DNA of 64,000 bases from an uncultured Sphingomonadaceae bacterium (lineage in GTDB: Bacteria; Pseudomonadota; Alphaproteobacteria; Sphingomonadales; Sphingomonadaceae), in NCBI GenBank assembly GCA_947503245.1, contig CANNCV010000003.1:6283-70282 (forward strand). Reading direction: 5' to 3'. Shown here piece after piece: positions 7,463 to 17,651 of the stretch. The notes beneath the pieces were generated by a model. It did no database searches. It was not told the origin of the DNA and saw only the letters and a program-made list of their open reading frames with translations. A program made the position numbers and the translations under genes. Position 1 is the stretch's first letter, and each line of letters opens with the position of its first letter.

Positions 7463-8975
7463 AACGATGACCAAGACAAAATCCGTTATTTACGCGCGTG
7501 TCTCCTCCGTCAATCAAGTGCTCAAAGGCCATGGCGCAGAAAGTCAGGCGGCTCGTTGCAAAGATTTTGCCAAGCATCGCGGCTATACGGTCGTCAAAAC
7601 CTTTACCGACAAAGCGGTGTCGGGTTCATTGATTGATCGTCCAGCAATGAAGGAATTGCTGGGTTTCCTGCGCAAGCACAGAAAAGACAATGTGCGGGTT
7701 ATCATTGATGATATCTCAAGGCTTGCAAGAGGGCTTGAATCCCATCTGGCGCTGCGCGCTGCAATCTCCAGTGCGGGCGGTGTGCTGGAAAGCCCGTCTA
7801 TCGAATTTGGTGAGGATAGCGACAGTCAGTTGATTGAGCATCTGCTCGCCTCTGTGTCCCAACATGCGCGGGTTAAAAATGCCGAACAGGTCCGCAATCG
7901 CATGGAAGCAAGAATTCGTAATGGCTATTATCCCTTTATCCCGCCACCGGGCTACAAAATGGCCCAGACACAGGGTCAAGGCAAGCTATTGGTGCGCAAT
8001 GAACCGATAACCTCTATTATTCAGGAAGCGATGGAAGGTTATGCCAGCGGTCTCTATCCCTCTCAGGCCGATGCTACCCGCTTCTTGAAATGTCAGCAAG
8101 ACTTTCCCAAAACGCACCATGGCACAGTGACCAACGAAACGGTGAACCGCATGCTGAACAAGGTGATCTATGCCAGAATGGTCGAGCGGGCTGAATTGGG
8201 CGTATCATTGCGTCCGGCTCAGCATGAAGGCCTCATCAGTTTTGAGACCTTTGAGAAGATACAAGAACGCCTCAAGGGCAAAGCCTATGCCACCGCACGG
8301 CATGATGTCAGCGAGGACTTTCCGCTTAGAGGTGCCGTAAATTGCGCTGACTGCGAAAATCCGATGACGTCTTGCTAGTCCAAATCAAAGACGGGCAAGA
8401 AACATGCATACTATATGTGCTTCAAGAAAGGCTGTGAAAGCTATCGCAAGTCTATCAGGTGTGAGACAATCGAAGGGGAGTTTAACAGCCTCCTGAAAAA
8501 TCTATCGCCCACAAAAGGTAATATCGCTTTGTTCAATGCGATATTTAGCAAGCTTTGGGATATGCAGGCCAAACAGGTAAACACCATGAAAGCGCAGCTA
8601 GAACGCAAAATAACGGACACAGGCAGCGAAGTGAACCAATTGCTCAAGCGCATTGTCAGTGCATCCAATGAAAGTGTGATCGCTGCCAATGAGGGTGAAA
8701 TCGAAAAACTGGAACGTGATAAGCTTGTTTGGGCTGAAAAGGCGCAAAATATCACTCGGCAAAAGAGCACCTTCAGCGAAATGTTCGAACTCGCTATCAA
8801 TTTTCTCGCAAACCCGCAGAATCTCTGGAAAAATGGACAGCTAGCGGGCCGTAAAACATTGCTCAGACTGGCCTTTAGTGGCCCTCTGACTTACAAGCGA
8901 AATGAGGGGTTTCGAGCCCCTGAAGTATCCAGTATATTCAAAGCTTTAGAAGGGTTTTTCCAGCGCAAATTTTAA
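7452..8975 (+). pseudogene. Large serine recombinase (integrase) with an in-frame amber stop
   Basis: VIYARVSS catalytic motif and recombinase domain. The zinc-ribbon CADC...PMTSC*SKSKTGKKHAYYMCFKKGC is broken by TAG at 8376-8378 and the same frame continues through 8415-8975. Confidence 0.9.
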
Positions 8976-8977
8976 AA

Positions 8978-9067
8978 TGGCGGACAGGGTGGGATTCGAA
9001 CCCACGGAGAGCTTGCACCCTCGGCGGTTTTCAAGACCGCTGCATTCGACCACTCTGCCACCTGTCC
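8978..9067 (-). tRNA. tRNA-Ser (UGA)
   Basis: Reverse complement GGACAGG...GCGGTCTTGAAAACCGC...GGTTCGAATCCCACCCTGTCCGCCA; long variable arm, 90 nt. Confidence 0.97.
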
Positions 9068-9244
9068 GCTGGGCGTTGCCTTTAGCCAATTTTTTCCGGC
9101 CATGCAAAAGCTATCTCACAATAATGTAAAAATTATCAAAACTGTCGAATATTCTGGCCAATAGCTTGTTATCTCGATAGCCGAGAGCGCATAAAAGGCT
9201 AATGCGCAATGGCCCATTCAGAATGAAACTGGCAGAATGACATC

Positions 9245-10291
9245 ATGAACTTTATAAAGACATTACCACGCTTTTGCGCCCTTAGCGCAATGTGCATGAT
9301 CCTCATATCTGGTTCGGCGGCCTCTGCCCAAGACGATCAGAGCTTTGCAACCTATTTTGCGACATTGTTGGAAAAGGCCAAAGATCAGGGAATTACCGAA
9401 AGCACAATTGAGCAAGTTCGGCCCAGTGTATCGCTTAATACAACAGCTTTGCGAATTGAACGCAGAGCCAGAGGCGGCAGCACAGACCCTAATCGGCGCA
9501 TTCCACCATTTACCGGATCAGATGAGCAACGCGCCATTATCGGCAAGGCGCGGCCCGGGCGTGCAGTTTATCAACGCCTGCAATCACAGTTTAGTCAGAT
9601 AGAGCGGGACATTGGTGTGCCGTCCTCCATCATCCTCGCGATTTATGGCAAGGAATCAAATTTTGGTTCTTATACCGGCAATTTTGATACGCTCGGAGCG
9701 CTGGCATCTTTGGCTTATGAGGGGCGCCGCCGCGCTTTATTTGAAAAAGAGTTTCTTGCCGCATTGCGCATGATTGATCGTGGTACACCGCGTAATTCAC
9801 TGAAAGGCAGCTTTGCCGGCGCCATGGGCAAGCCGCAATTCTTGCCATCTGTCTATCTTCGTCTGGCTGTAGATGCCGATGGCGATGGACAGAAAGATAT
9901 TTGGAACAGTGAAGCCGATGCTATGGCTTCTATTGCCAATTATCTGAAAAATGCGGGTTGGAAGCGTGGCCAGCGTTGGGGCATGGCAGTTGCTGTCCCA
10001 TCCACATTTGATCGTTCATCAGTCCGGTCTACTGCGGTGCCGCAAAGATGCCCGCGCGTCTTTGCACGGCATAGCAAATGGCTTACTGTCGCTGAATGGC
10101 GCGCACTGGGCGTAGTGCCCGTTTCTGCAAGAACATTGGCAGATGACGAATTAGCGACATTACTTGAACCAGATTTTGAGGGCAAAACCGCATATTTGCT
10201 CACTGGCAATTACCGCGCTATTCTAGATTATAATTGTTCGAACTTTTATGCATTATCGGTGGGGTTATTGTCAGATGAAATTGCTTCTTAA
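9245..10291 (+). CDS. Lytic murein transglycosylase (MltB/SLT_2 family)
   Basis: Signal peptide; AIYGKESNFG, GSFAGAMGKPQFLPS, DADGDG, YNCSNFYALSVG. Confidence 0.92.
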   Translation: MNFIKTLPRFCALSAMCMILISGSAASAQDDQSFATYFATLLEKAKDQGITESTIEQVRPSVSLNTTALRIERRARGGSTDPNRRIPPFTGSDEQRAIIGKARPGRAVYQRLQSQFSQIERDIGVPSSIILAIYGKESNFGSYTGNFDTLGALASLAYEGRRRALFEKEFLAALRMIDRGTPRNSLKGSFAGAMGKPQFLPSVYLRLAVDADGDGQKDIWNSEADAMASIANYLKNAGWKRGQRWGMAVAVPSTFDRSSVRSTAVPQRCPRVFARHSKWLTVAEWRALGVVPVSARTLADDELATLLEPDFEGKTAYLLTGNYRAILDYNCSNFYALSVGLLSDEIAS

Positions 10292-11276
10292 ATGCGCATT
10301 ATTGGGGAGTGCCACTCTTGCTCTGGCTGGCTGCGCGACAGGGTCATCAGGGTCATCACAAGGCCGGATTGGTTCAGCGCCATCGGCCACTGCAGCCGTG
10401 TCTGATGAGATTGTCAAAATTGGTGATACTTATAAGGTGGGTGGCAAAAGCTACACACCGGAAGATGTGACCGATTATGATGAAACCGGATATGCCAGCT
10501 GGTATGGTGAAGAGCTTGCAGGGCAGCCAACTGCTAATGGTGAGATTTTTACCCCTTCGCGGGTCTCCGCTGCACATAAGACACTGCCTTTACCAAGCTA
10601 TGTAGAGGTGACAGCATTGGAAACAGGACGCACCATCCTTGTTCGCGTGAATGATCGTGGCCCGTTTGCGAATGATCGGTTGATAGATTTGTCGCGCGGC
10701 GCCGCAGAGCAGTTGGGTATAGTAGACCAAGGCGTTGCTGGAGTGCGCGTACGCCGGGTATTCCCACCACAAGATGAACGCGCGCAATTAAGGGCAGGGC
10801 GCCCTGCCAATTTGCGCCCAGATACTAGCGAAGGCCTGTTGACTGTATTGCGGCAAAGACTGGCTGCCCTGCCAAAACCGGTTGTTCCAGAGCGCCGCGT
10901 AACACGTGCTCCAGCACAAGCATCAGCGCCACGCGCGCCGTCTGCGCAAACCCGTTCAGGCCGATTTGTGATAGAGAATTCGGATGGTACAGTGACTCAG
11001 CGCCCAGTTGTACAACGCCCAGGCAACAGCACAGGAAATAACCGTGTAGATATCGCCAATACTGTTTTTGTTGTCCAAGTCGCAGCATTTTCATCACGCA
11101 GCCGAGCAGATGCGCTGGCTAAAGAGATTGGTGCAAAAGTTTTTCCTAGTGAAGATAATAGCATATGGCGTGTTCGCTATGGTCCATATGCCAATGCCAG
11201 TGCAGCAGAGAGCGATTTGCAAAAGGTTCGGCAAAATGGCTATCCCAATGCACGAATATTGCGCGCATCACGTTAA
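10275..11276 (+). CDS. rlpA: Septal ring lytic transglycosylase RlpA with SPOR domain
   Basis: Lipobox LALAGC; GYASWYG, AAHKTLPLPSYVEVT, VRVNDRGPF, IDLS; C-terminal VQVAAFSS SPOR. Confidence 0.92.
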   Translation: MKLLLKCALLGSATLALAGCATGSSGSSQGRIGSAPSATAAVSDEIVKIGDTYKVGGKSYTPEDVTDYDETGYASWYGEELAGQPTANGEIFTPSRVSAAHKTLPLPSYVEVTALETGRTILVRVNDRGPFANDRLIDLSRGAAEQLGIVDQGVAGVRVRRVFPPQDERAQLRAGRPANLRPDTSEGLLTVLRQRLAALPKPVVPERRVTRAPAQASAPRAPSAQTRSGRFVIENSDGTVTQRPVVQRPGNSTGNNRVDIANTVFVVQVAAFSSRSRADALAKEIGAKVFPSEDNSIWRVRYGPYANASAAESDLQKVRQNGYPNARILRASR

Positions 11277-11302
11277 ATTAGATTAAAGAAGCTATAATTT
11301 TT

Positions 11303-12454
11303 ATGTTAAAACAATCGATTATTGCAATAACCTCTATTGCAGTGGCCACAACGCCTATAGCAATATATGCGGCAAAACCTGTTTACCGCAGCAACGCCCC
11401 TATTGCTTATATGACGGACCTGTCCTCAGGCGCGACGCTTTTTGAAAAAGATGCAGATAAACGCATTCCACCAGCATCAATGGCAAAGATGATGACGGTA
11501 TATGTCGCCTTTGACCTGCTAAAAAAGAAAGAGATTGCGCTTGAAGACGAATTTATCGTCAGCAGCGGCGCATTCAAAAAATGGAATAATCAAGGGTCCA
11601 CCATGTTCCTGAGTGAGGGTCAGAGCGTAAGTGTCGCTGATTTGTTGCATGGTATCGTTACCCTATCAGGCAATGATGCCTGTGTGGTGCTGGCAGAGGG
11701 TATTGCAGGCAGTGAGGAATCATTTGTCGAGATGATGAATGATGCCGCAGAATCTCTTGGCATGAAGAACAGCCGTTTTGGCAACAGCAATGGCTGGCCA
11801 GATGAAGGGCGCACTTATGTGACTGCGCGTGATCTCACCAAATTGGGCGCAAGCACGATTAGCGATTTTCCAGATCTTTATACAGAGTTTTACGGGCAAG
11901 AAGAATTCACCTGGAATGGCATCAAACAAGATAACCGGAACCCTATTCTAGGCCGTGTACGCGGTGCTGATGGGCTAAAAACCGGCCATACTGAAGAAGC
12001 CGGCTATGGCTTCGCAGGAACGGCAGAGCGTGACGGACGGCGTATCGTAATGGTTGTGGCCGGACTGGACAGCTATAATGGCCGCATTCAGGAATCTGTG
12101 CAATTTTTGACTTGGGGTTTTCGCGCTTGGAAGGCGGAGGATCTTTTCAAAACCGGGTCAGTTGTTGGCAGTGCAGATGTGCAATTGGGTTCTGCGACGG
12201 AAGTATCTTTGGTTGCTCCGCGCGATCTGGCCATAGCTTTGCCGCGGCGTGCAGCCTCCAATTACACTATGAAAATCGTGTATGATGGACCGATCAAAGC
12301 GCCAATCAAGGCTGGTGATGTTGTAGCGCAGCTCATTGTCACTTCACCCGATGATGATGAGCCACAGTCCTTACCCCTTGTTGCTGGAGAAGATGTCGCC
12401 GAAGCAGGTTTTTTCGGGCGTATCTGGAATGGCTTAAAGTCCATATTTGCCTGA
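11303..12454 (+). CDS. D-alanyl-D-alanine carboxypeptidase (PBP5/6)
   Basis: PPASMAKMMT (SxxK), SGNDA, GLKTGHT. Confidence 0.93.
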   Translation: MLKQSIIAITSIAVATTPIAIYAAKPVYRSNAPIAYMTDLSSGATLFEKDADKRIPPASMAKMMTVYVAFDLLKKKEIALEDEFIVSSGAFKKWNNQGSTMFLSEGQSVSVADLLHGIVTLSGNDACVVLAEGIAGSEESFVEMMNDAAESLGMKNSRFGNSNGWPDEGRTYVTARDLTKLGASTISDFPDLYTEFYGQEEFTWNGIKQDNRNPILGRVRGADGLKTGHTEEAGYGFAGTAERDGRRIVMVVAGLDSYNGRIQESVQFLTWGFRAWKAEDLFKTGSVVGSADVQLGSATEVSLVAPRDLAIALPRRAASNYTMKIVYDGPIKAPIKAGDVVAQLIVTSPDDDEPQSLPLVAGEDVAEAGFFGRIWNGLKSIFA

Positions 12455-13080
12455 TGAGGGGCTATTTCATCAGCTTTGAAGGTGGTGAGGGGACGGGTAA
12501 ATCGACCCAGATAAAGCGCCTCGCCAACTGGCTGATCGAACAGAACCAACAAGTCATCACAACCCGTGAACCGGGCGGTACGGATAGTGCAGAGGCTATC
12601 CGTACATTGCTGCTCAATGGGGATGCAGATAGGTGGAATAAAAGAAGTGAAGCGCTTCTCTTTGCCGCTGCCCGCGCTGACCATGTAGATCGCCTTATCA
12701 AGCCTGCTCTTGCGCAAGGGCAGTGGGTGCTGACCGACCGCTATATTGATAGCAGCAGAGCCTATCAAAGCGCGGCAAGCGGGTTGGATGATAAAGATAT
12801 AATGGCGCTGCATGAATTTGGCAGTGATGGCCTATTGCCCGATCTTACATTTTTGATGACCATAGACCCTGCGGTCAGCAAGGATCGCTTGCATAAGCGC
12901 GATGGCGACAAAGGCGACCGTATTCAGGACCGCGAAACTGATTTCCATGACAGGGTACGCAACGGTTTTCTGGACTATGCCCGTCAAGAGCCGAGGCGCT
13001 TCCGCATCATAGACGGTGATGGTTCGATAGACGCCGTTCACGCCCGTATTACCGCCCATTTAACGCCATTGCTTTCATGA
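12454..13080 (+). CDS. tmk: Thymidylate kinase
   Basis: FISFEGGEGTGKSTQ, TREPGGT, DRYIDSS. Confidence 0.95.
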   Translation: MRGYFISFEGGEGTGKSTQIKRLANWLIEQNQQVITTREPGGTDSAEAIRTLLLNGDADRWNKRSEALLFAAARADHVDRLIKPALAQGQWVLTDRYIDSSRAYQSAASGLDDKDIMALHEFGSDGLLPDLTFLMTIDPAVSKDRLHKRDGDKGDRIQDRETDFHDRVRNGFLDYARQEPRRFRIIDGDGSIDAVHARITAHLTPLLS

Positions 13081-13084
13081 CGTC

Positions 13085-14113
13085 ATGACACCTATATTCG
13101 GTCATATTGATCAGCAGAAATGGCTGATTTCCTCTATGGGAGAGGGAAAATTACACCATGGTATAATCTTGGCAGGGCGCAAGGGACTAGGCAAATTCCT
13201 CTTCGCTCAGCATGCCGCCGCGGCGATATTATCACAAGATGATGGGACGCAAATAGCGCAGAATGCCGATGCAAAAACACTGTCAGACTTGGCCGTTCCA
13301 AGAGTAAAAAAACTGATCACCAATGATCATCATCCAGACCTGCACATTATAAAGCGCGGACCGAAAAATGATACAGAACGGAAAAAGGCTGAAAAGGGCA
13401 ATGCCTTTGAACGCGGCCGCAATATCAAGGTCGACCAGATACGCTTATTACAGCGTCGATTTTCCACACGGCCCACCTTGGGAAGCAATCGTGTCATCAT
13501 CATTGATGCTGCTGATGATATGGAGCGCGGTGCAGCTAATGCCTTGCTAAAATCGCTAGAAGAGCCGTCTGAGAACATTCATTTTCTGCTCATTTCCCAT
13601 AACCCCGGAAAATTATTACCTACCATTCGCTCACGCTGCCAGTTACTGAGGTTTGAGCCGTTACCCGTTGAACATATGGTGGAATTTCTTAATTCCAGTG
13701 CTGCAAAAGTTAGTAATGATGCGCGTGAATCAGTGTTACAACATAGCAATGGCATTCCTGGTGACATCATCGCTATGCAAGATAGCAAACAGGCCGAGAT
13801 GTTAGCCATTGCCAACCGGATTATAGAGGAAGGTGACAGCAATCACAGCCAGCGCACGGCATTGGCTGTCGCAGCGGCGAAACTGGGGGGATTAGAGCCC
13901 GTTGTCGCATTCATGCAGACATTACCGCCATTACTGGCAGAGCATGCCAAATCATCACATGGTCCTGCCAGACAGGCCGCTCTTGACAGCTGGTCATCCT
14001 TGCGCAAGCTGATTGATACGGCAAAATTCTACAATTATGATAATCAGGCGCTGATTTTCCATATTGCCGGGTTGCTGGCAGAGCCTGCGCGGATTAGGAC
14101 GGAGCATAATTAA
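13085..14113 (+). CDS. holB: DNA polymerase III subunit delta'
   Basis: HPDL, IIDAADDMERGAANALLKSLEEP, LLPTIRSRC; follows tmk. Confidence 0.92.
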   Translation: MTPIFGHIDQQKWLISSMGEGKLHHGIILAGRKGLGKFLFAQHAAAAILSQDDGTQIAQNADAKTLSDLAVPRVKKLITNDHHPDLHIIKRGPKNDTERKKAEKGNAFERGRNIKVDQIRLLQRRFSTRPTLGSNRVIIIDAADDMERGAANALLKSLEEPSENIHFLLISHNPGKLLPTIRSRCQLLRFEPLPVEHMVEFLNSSAAKVSNDARESVLQHSNGIPGDIIAMQDSKQAEMLAIANRIIEEGDSNHSQRTALAVAAAKLGGLEPVVAFMQTLPPLLAEHAKSSHGPARQAALDSWSSLRKLIDTAKFYNYDNQALIFHIAGLLAEPARIRTEHN

Positions 14114-14151
14114 GCCCTGTTGGCTATAAACTCTGTTTGAGTATCTGTTTG

Positions 14152-15732
14152 ATGACCGAAAATTTTTATATCACCACTGCAATTAGCTACCCTAATGGTC
14201 CGCCGCATATCGGTCATGCTTATGAGGCCATAGCCGCCGATGTCATTGCCCGCTTTCAGCGCCTTTCGGGGCGCAATGTACGTTTCCAGACGGGTACTGA
14301 TGAGCATGGCTTAAAAATGGCACAAAAAGCCGAAGAGTTAGGAGTTACGCCTGCACAGCTCGCTAATGAGATGAGCGCGCAATTTATCGCAATGTGCGAT
14401 AGCCTTAATATCTCCTATGAGCGCTTTATCCGGACGAGTGAAGAAGACCATCACCGCGCATCGCAAGCGATATGGCAGGCCATGGTCGATAAAGGCGATA
14501 TGTATCTTGATCGCTATGAAGGCTGGTATTCAGTCCGCGACGAGGCTTTTTACAATGAAGATGAGTTGATTGAAGGGGTTGATAGCGAAGGCCAGTCCGT
14601 CAAACTATCACCACAAGGCACCGCCGTTGAATGGACGGCGGAGGAAAGCTGGTTCTTCCGATTGTCGAAATATCAGGACCGGTTAATAGCTCTCTACATC
14701 GAGAACCCCAATTTTATAGCTCCTGAATCCCGCCGTAATGAAGTGATGAAATTCGTTGAAGGTGGGTTAAGAGACCTGAGCGTTTCGCGTACCAGCTTTG
14801 ATTGGGGCGTGAAAGTTCCCGGCAGTCCCGAGCATGTTATGTATGTTTGGGTCGACGCACTCACCAACTATTTGACAGGCCTTGGCTATCCCGATCCATC
14901 GGATGATATGGCCAATTACTGGCCGGCCAATGTGCATTTGATTGGCAAAGATATTACCCGCTTTCATGCGGTTTATTGGCCAGCATTTCTTATGAGCGCA
15001 GATATCGCTCTGCCAAAACAGGTTTTCGCCCATGGCTTCTTGCTGAACAAGGGCGAGAAAATGTCCAAATCGGCAGGCAATGTCGTGGCACCGCTGCAAT
15101 TGGCCGAGGATTATGGCGTCGATAGTTTACGCTATTTTCTGATGCGGGAAGTCATCTTCGGAAATGATGGGAGCTTCTCTGCTGAAACCATTGTTAATAT
15201 AGTGAATGCTGATCTTGCCAACAGCTTTGGCAATCTGGCGCAGCGCACATTGTCCATGTTGTTCAAAAATTGCGATGGCAAATTGTTATGGCCATTGCAG
15301 CAGGCGGAGGCAGACATTGCGTTGGAAAGCAAAATAGCATCTGCATGCGCATCAGAATTGCCACAGGAATTTGCTGCCATGCGCTTTTCACAAGGCATCG
15401 AGGCTTGGCTTCGCGCTGTTAATGCCTGCAACCAATATGTTGATGAGCAAGCGCCCTGGGCATTGAAAAAGACGGATCCTGAGCGGATGCATGTCGTCCT
15501 TGTCACGGTCTATCGGTGCTTGAGATATCTTGCATTGGCTATTTCACCCGTTGTTCCTGCTTCAGCGACGCATTTGTTGGATCAGCTGGGCGTAGCAACA
15601 GATCAGCGCGACTTTGCGGCTTTTGACGATGAAAACTGGTATGCAAATATTGCGCAGAGCGATTATCTGGTTGCCAAGCCAGTCGCCATATTCCCACGAC
15701 AAGAGGTCGTTCAAGCTAAGGATAATAGCTGA
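14152..15732 (+). CDS. metG: Methionine--tRNA ligase
   Basis: YPNGPPHIGH, GTDEHG, KMSKS. Confidence 0.96.
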   Translation: MTENFYITTAISYPNGPPHIGHAYEAIAADVIARFQRLSGRNVRFQTGTDEHGLKMAQKAEELGVTPAQLANEMSAQFIAMCDSLNISYERFIRTSEEDHHRASQAIWQAMVDKGDMYLDRYEGWYSVRDEAFYNEDELIEGVDSEGQSVKLSPQGTAVEWTAEESWFFRLSKYQDRLIALYIENPNFIAPESRRNEVMKFVEGGLRDLSVSRTSFDWGVKVPGSPEHVMYVWVDALTNYLTGLGYPDPSDDMANYWPANVHLIGKDITRFHAVYWPAFLMSADIALPKQVFAHGFLLNKGEKMSKSAGNVVAPLQLAEDYGVDSLRYFLMREVIFGNDGSFSAETIVNIVNADLANSFGNLAQRTLSMLFKNCDGKLLWPLQQAEADIALESKIASACASELPQEFAAMRFSQGIEAWLRAVNACNQYVDEQAPWALKKTDPERMHVVLVTVYRCLRYLALAISPVVPASATHLLDQLGVATDQRDFAAFDDENWYANIAQSDYLVAKPVAIFPRQEVVQAKDNS

Positions 15733-16508
15733 TGTTGGTCGATTCCCATTGTCATCTCAACTATAAGGGCATGGCTGAAGATCAGCCTGAAATCCTTGCT
15801 AGCGCCAGAGATAATGGCGTTAGCGCCATGCTCAATATATCGACACGGCAGAGTGAATGGGATGATGTTATCGCTACAGCAGTAAGAGAACCCGATGTCT
15901 GGGCCAGTGTTGGCATTCACCCACATGAAGCCGATGACCATCATGGTATGACATCTGAATTGCTCATTACAGCGGCCGAGCATGAGCGTGTTATTGGCAT
16001 TGGTGAAACCGGGCTTGATTATTATTATGATCATAGCGACCGCGATCAGCAGAAAAGCTGTTTTCGCGAGCATATACAAGCAGCACGGGCAACAGGTTTG
16101 CCCATGATCGTGCATATGCGCGATGCTGAAGACGATTGTCTTGCGATATTTGAGGAAGAGCGGGAGAGGGGGCTGTTTCCTGTCCTAATCCATTGCTTTA
16201 CAGCCAGTGCCAATTTTGCAGAGCGCATGGTGGAATGGAATATCCCCATGTCGATTTCCGGCATTGTTACATTCAAAAATGCCAAAGACTTGCAATCGGT
16301 CGCATCGCAAATTCCTGACCATCTATTATTGGTTGAAACCGACTCACCTTTTCTGGCACCAGTACCTCATCGCGGCAAACGTGGTCAGCCGGCATTTGTC
16401 CGCGACACTGCACAGTTTTTGGCTGATTTGCGCGGTGTAAGCATTGAAGAACTGGGTGCGTTGACTAGCCAAAACTTCTATAATCTGTTCACCAAGGCTG
16501 CGCCATGA
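15732..16508 (+). CDS. tatD: TatD family hydrolase
   Basis: DSHCH, IGETGLDY, HCFT, ETDSPFLAP. Confidence 0.93.
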   Translation: MLVDSHCHLNYKGMAEDQPEILASARDNGVSAMLNISTRQSEWDDVIATAVREPDVWASVGIHPHEADDHHGMTSELLITAAEHERVIGIGETGLDYYYDHSDRDQQKSCFREHIQAARATGLPMIVHMRDAEDDCLAIFEEERERGLFPVLIHCFTASANFAERMVEWNIPMSISGIVTFKNAKDLQSVASQIPDHLLLVETDSPFLAPVPHRGKRGQPAFVRDTAQFLADLRGVSIEELGALTSQNFYNLFTKAAP

Positions 16509-17293
16509 AGGTGACGCTGTTAGGATCGGGAACCTCTGCCGGAGTGCCGCGCGTCGGCAATGTTTGGGGTAAATGCAATCCTGACAATCCCAAAAACAGG
16601 CGTTCACGCGTATCACTGCACATTCAGATCGACCCTGTTACTGGCGTTTTGATCGACACATCACCAGATTTGCGCCAACAATGCCTTGATAATGATATAG
16701 ACTGCGTGACCCATGTTGTGTGGACGCATGACCATGCTGATCATTGCCATGGCATTGATGATTTGCGCGGTTTCTTTTTCCTCAATCGTGAGCCGATCAC
16801 TGGCTATGCCCGCGATTATACATTTGAACGGTTAGAGCGCCGTTTTGATTATGTATTTGAAGGAACCGGGGGCTATCCTTCCATTGTTGATATTCAGCCA
16901 TGGGATGATGCGGTCCCACTAAGCAGCGGCTGCATTCTCGATTTTGCAGATCAGCCACATGGCGGCACCAGATCAACCGGTGTTATCATTAAAAATGATA
17001 TCAGCAAAGTTTGCTATGCTACTGACTTTTCAATGATAAAAGACGATATGGTGGAGCAATATCGTGATTGTGATCTGCTGTTTGTTGATTGTTTGCGCAT
17101 GGAATCGCATCCGACTCATGCAAATTTGGATATGGCTTTGGAATTGGCGCGGCACAGCAATGCCAAGGAAACAATATTGATCCATATGGATAACTCCATG
17201 GACTTTGATACGCTTTCAAATAGTCTTATTGATCGCAGAATGAGCCACAGGGTTTCTGTTGGCTATGATGGACTTGAGCGAGAATTGGTATGA
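16505..17293 (+). CDS. MBL-fold metallo-hydrolase (PhnP/YycJ-like)
   Basis: LGSGTSAGVP, THDHADHCHGIDDLR, HMD. Confidence 0.9.
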   Translation: MKVTLLGSGTSAGVPRVGNVWGKCNPDNPKNRRSRVSLHIQIDPVTGVLIDTSPDLRQQCLDNDIDCVTHVVWTHDHADHCHGIDDLRGFFFLNREPITGYARDYTFERLERRFDYVFEGTGGYPSIVDIQPWDDAVPLSSGCILDFADQPHGGTRSTGVIIKNDISKVCYATDFSMIKDDMVEQYRDCDLLFVDCLRMESHPTHANLDMALELARHSNAKETILIHMDNSMDFDTLSNSLIDRRMSHRVSVGYDGLERELV

Positions 17294-17529
17294 CGGATTA
17301 TGAAGGCTTTCATATAATATATTCGGTTATGTTGCTGGTATTGGTCGGCAGCGCGCTTATCAGTTATAGATTGCCGCTAAAGCAAACGGTCAAAATGGCG
17401 CTCGTCTGGGTTTTGATTTTCGCAATTGGTGTCGCTGTTGTCTACGGTATTGAAAATGTGTTCAATCTTGGCGCTGGTTCAGAAGCGCCTGCAAGCGAAG
17501 ATGGCAGCCAGGGCGGCGCATATGTTTAA
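17290..17529 (+). CDS. Small two-TM membrane protein resembling the N-terminal anchor of TIGR02281-type aspartic proteases
   Basis: LLVLVGSALISYRLPLKQTVKMALVWVLIFAIG; no DTG protease domain follows. Confidence 0.55.
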   Translation: MTDYEGFHIIYSVMLLVLVGSALISYRLPLKQTVKMALVWVLIFAIGVAVVYGIENVFNLGAGSEAPASEDGSQGGAYV

Positions 17530-17551
17530 CGCCGTAAGGATATGATAATTA

Positions 17552-17579
17552 ATTTAACATAATATATATTATCACACTT
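17552..17579 (-). other. dif site (XerC/XerD chromosome dimer resolution site)
   Basis: Minus strand AAGTGTGATAA-TATATA-TTATGTTAAAT; the right arm equals the E. coli XerD arm TTATGTTAAAT and the 11-6-11 spacing is exact. Confidence 0.88.
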
Positions 17580-17651
17580 AAACACATATCATTCATTTGA
17601 ACCTTCACTCGTCCCTGCAATCAGCATATCCCAATCCTTCAGGATAATATC

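Larger units (their letters stand above)
1..8977. mobile_element. Genomic island / integrative element at the tRNA-Ser 3' end (left boundary outside window)
   Basis: Large serine recombinase gene ends 2 bp from the tRNA CCA end; resolvase, ParDE TA pair, several pseudogenes and AT-rich cargo; ordinary core synteny starts right after the tRNA. Confidence 0.85.

Noticed and set aside
5133-8378. Amber-codon recoding or readthrough in the island (in-frame TAGs at 5418 and 8376)
   Set aside because: Intact island genes (KamA-like, parE, 52-aa ORF) use TAG as a true stop and other island genes carry indels, so ordinary decay explains it
1-8977. Second att copy of the tRNA-Ser 3' end within the window
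   Set aside because: No repeat of TGGCGGACAGGGTGGGATTCGAA noticed by eye; the left boundary is probably outside the window
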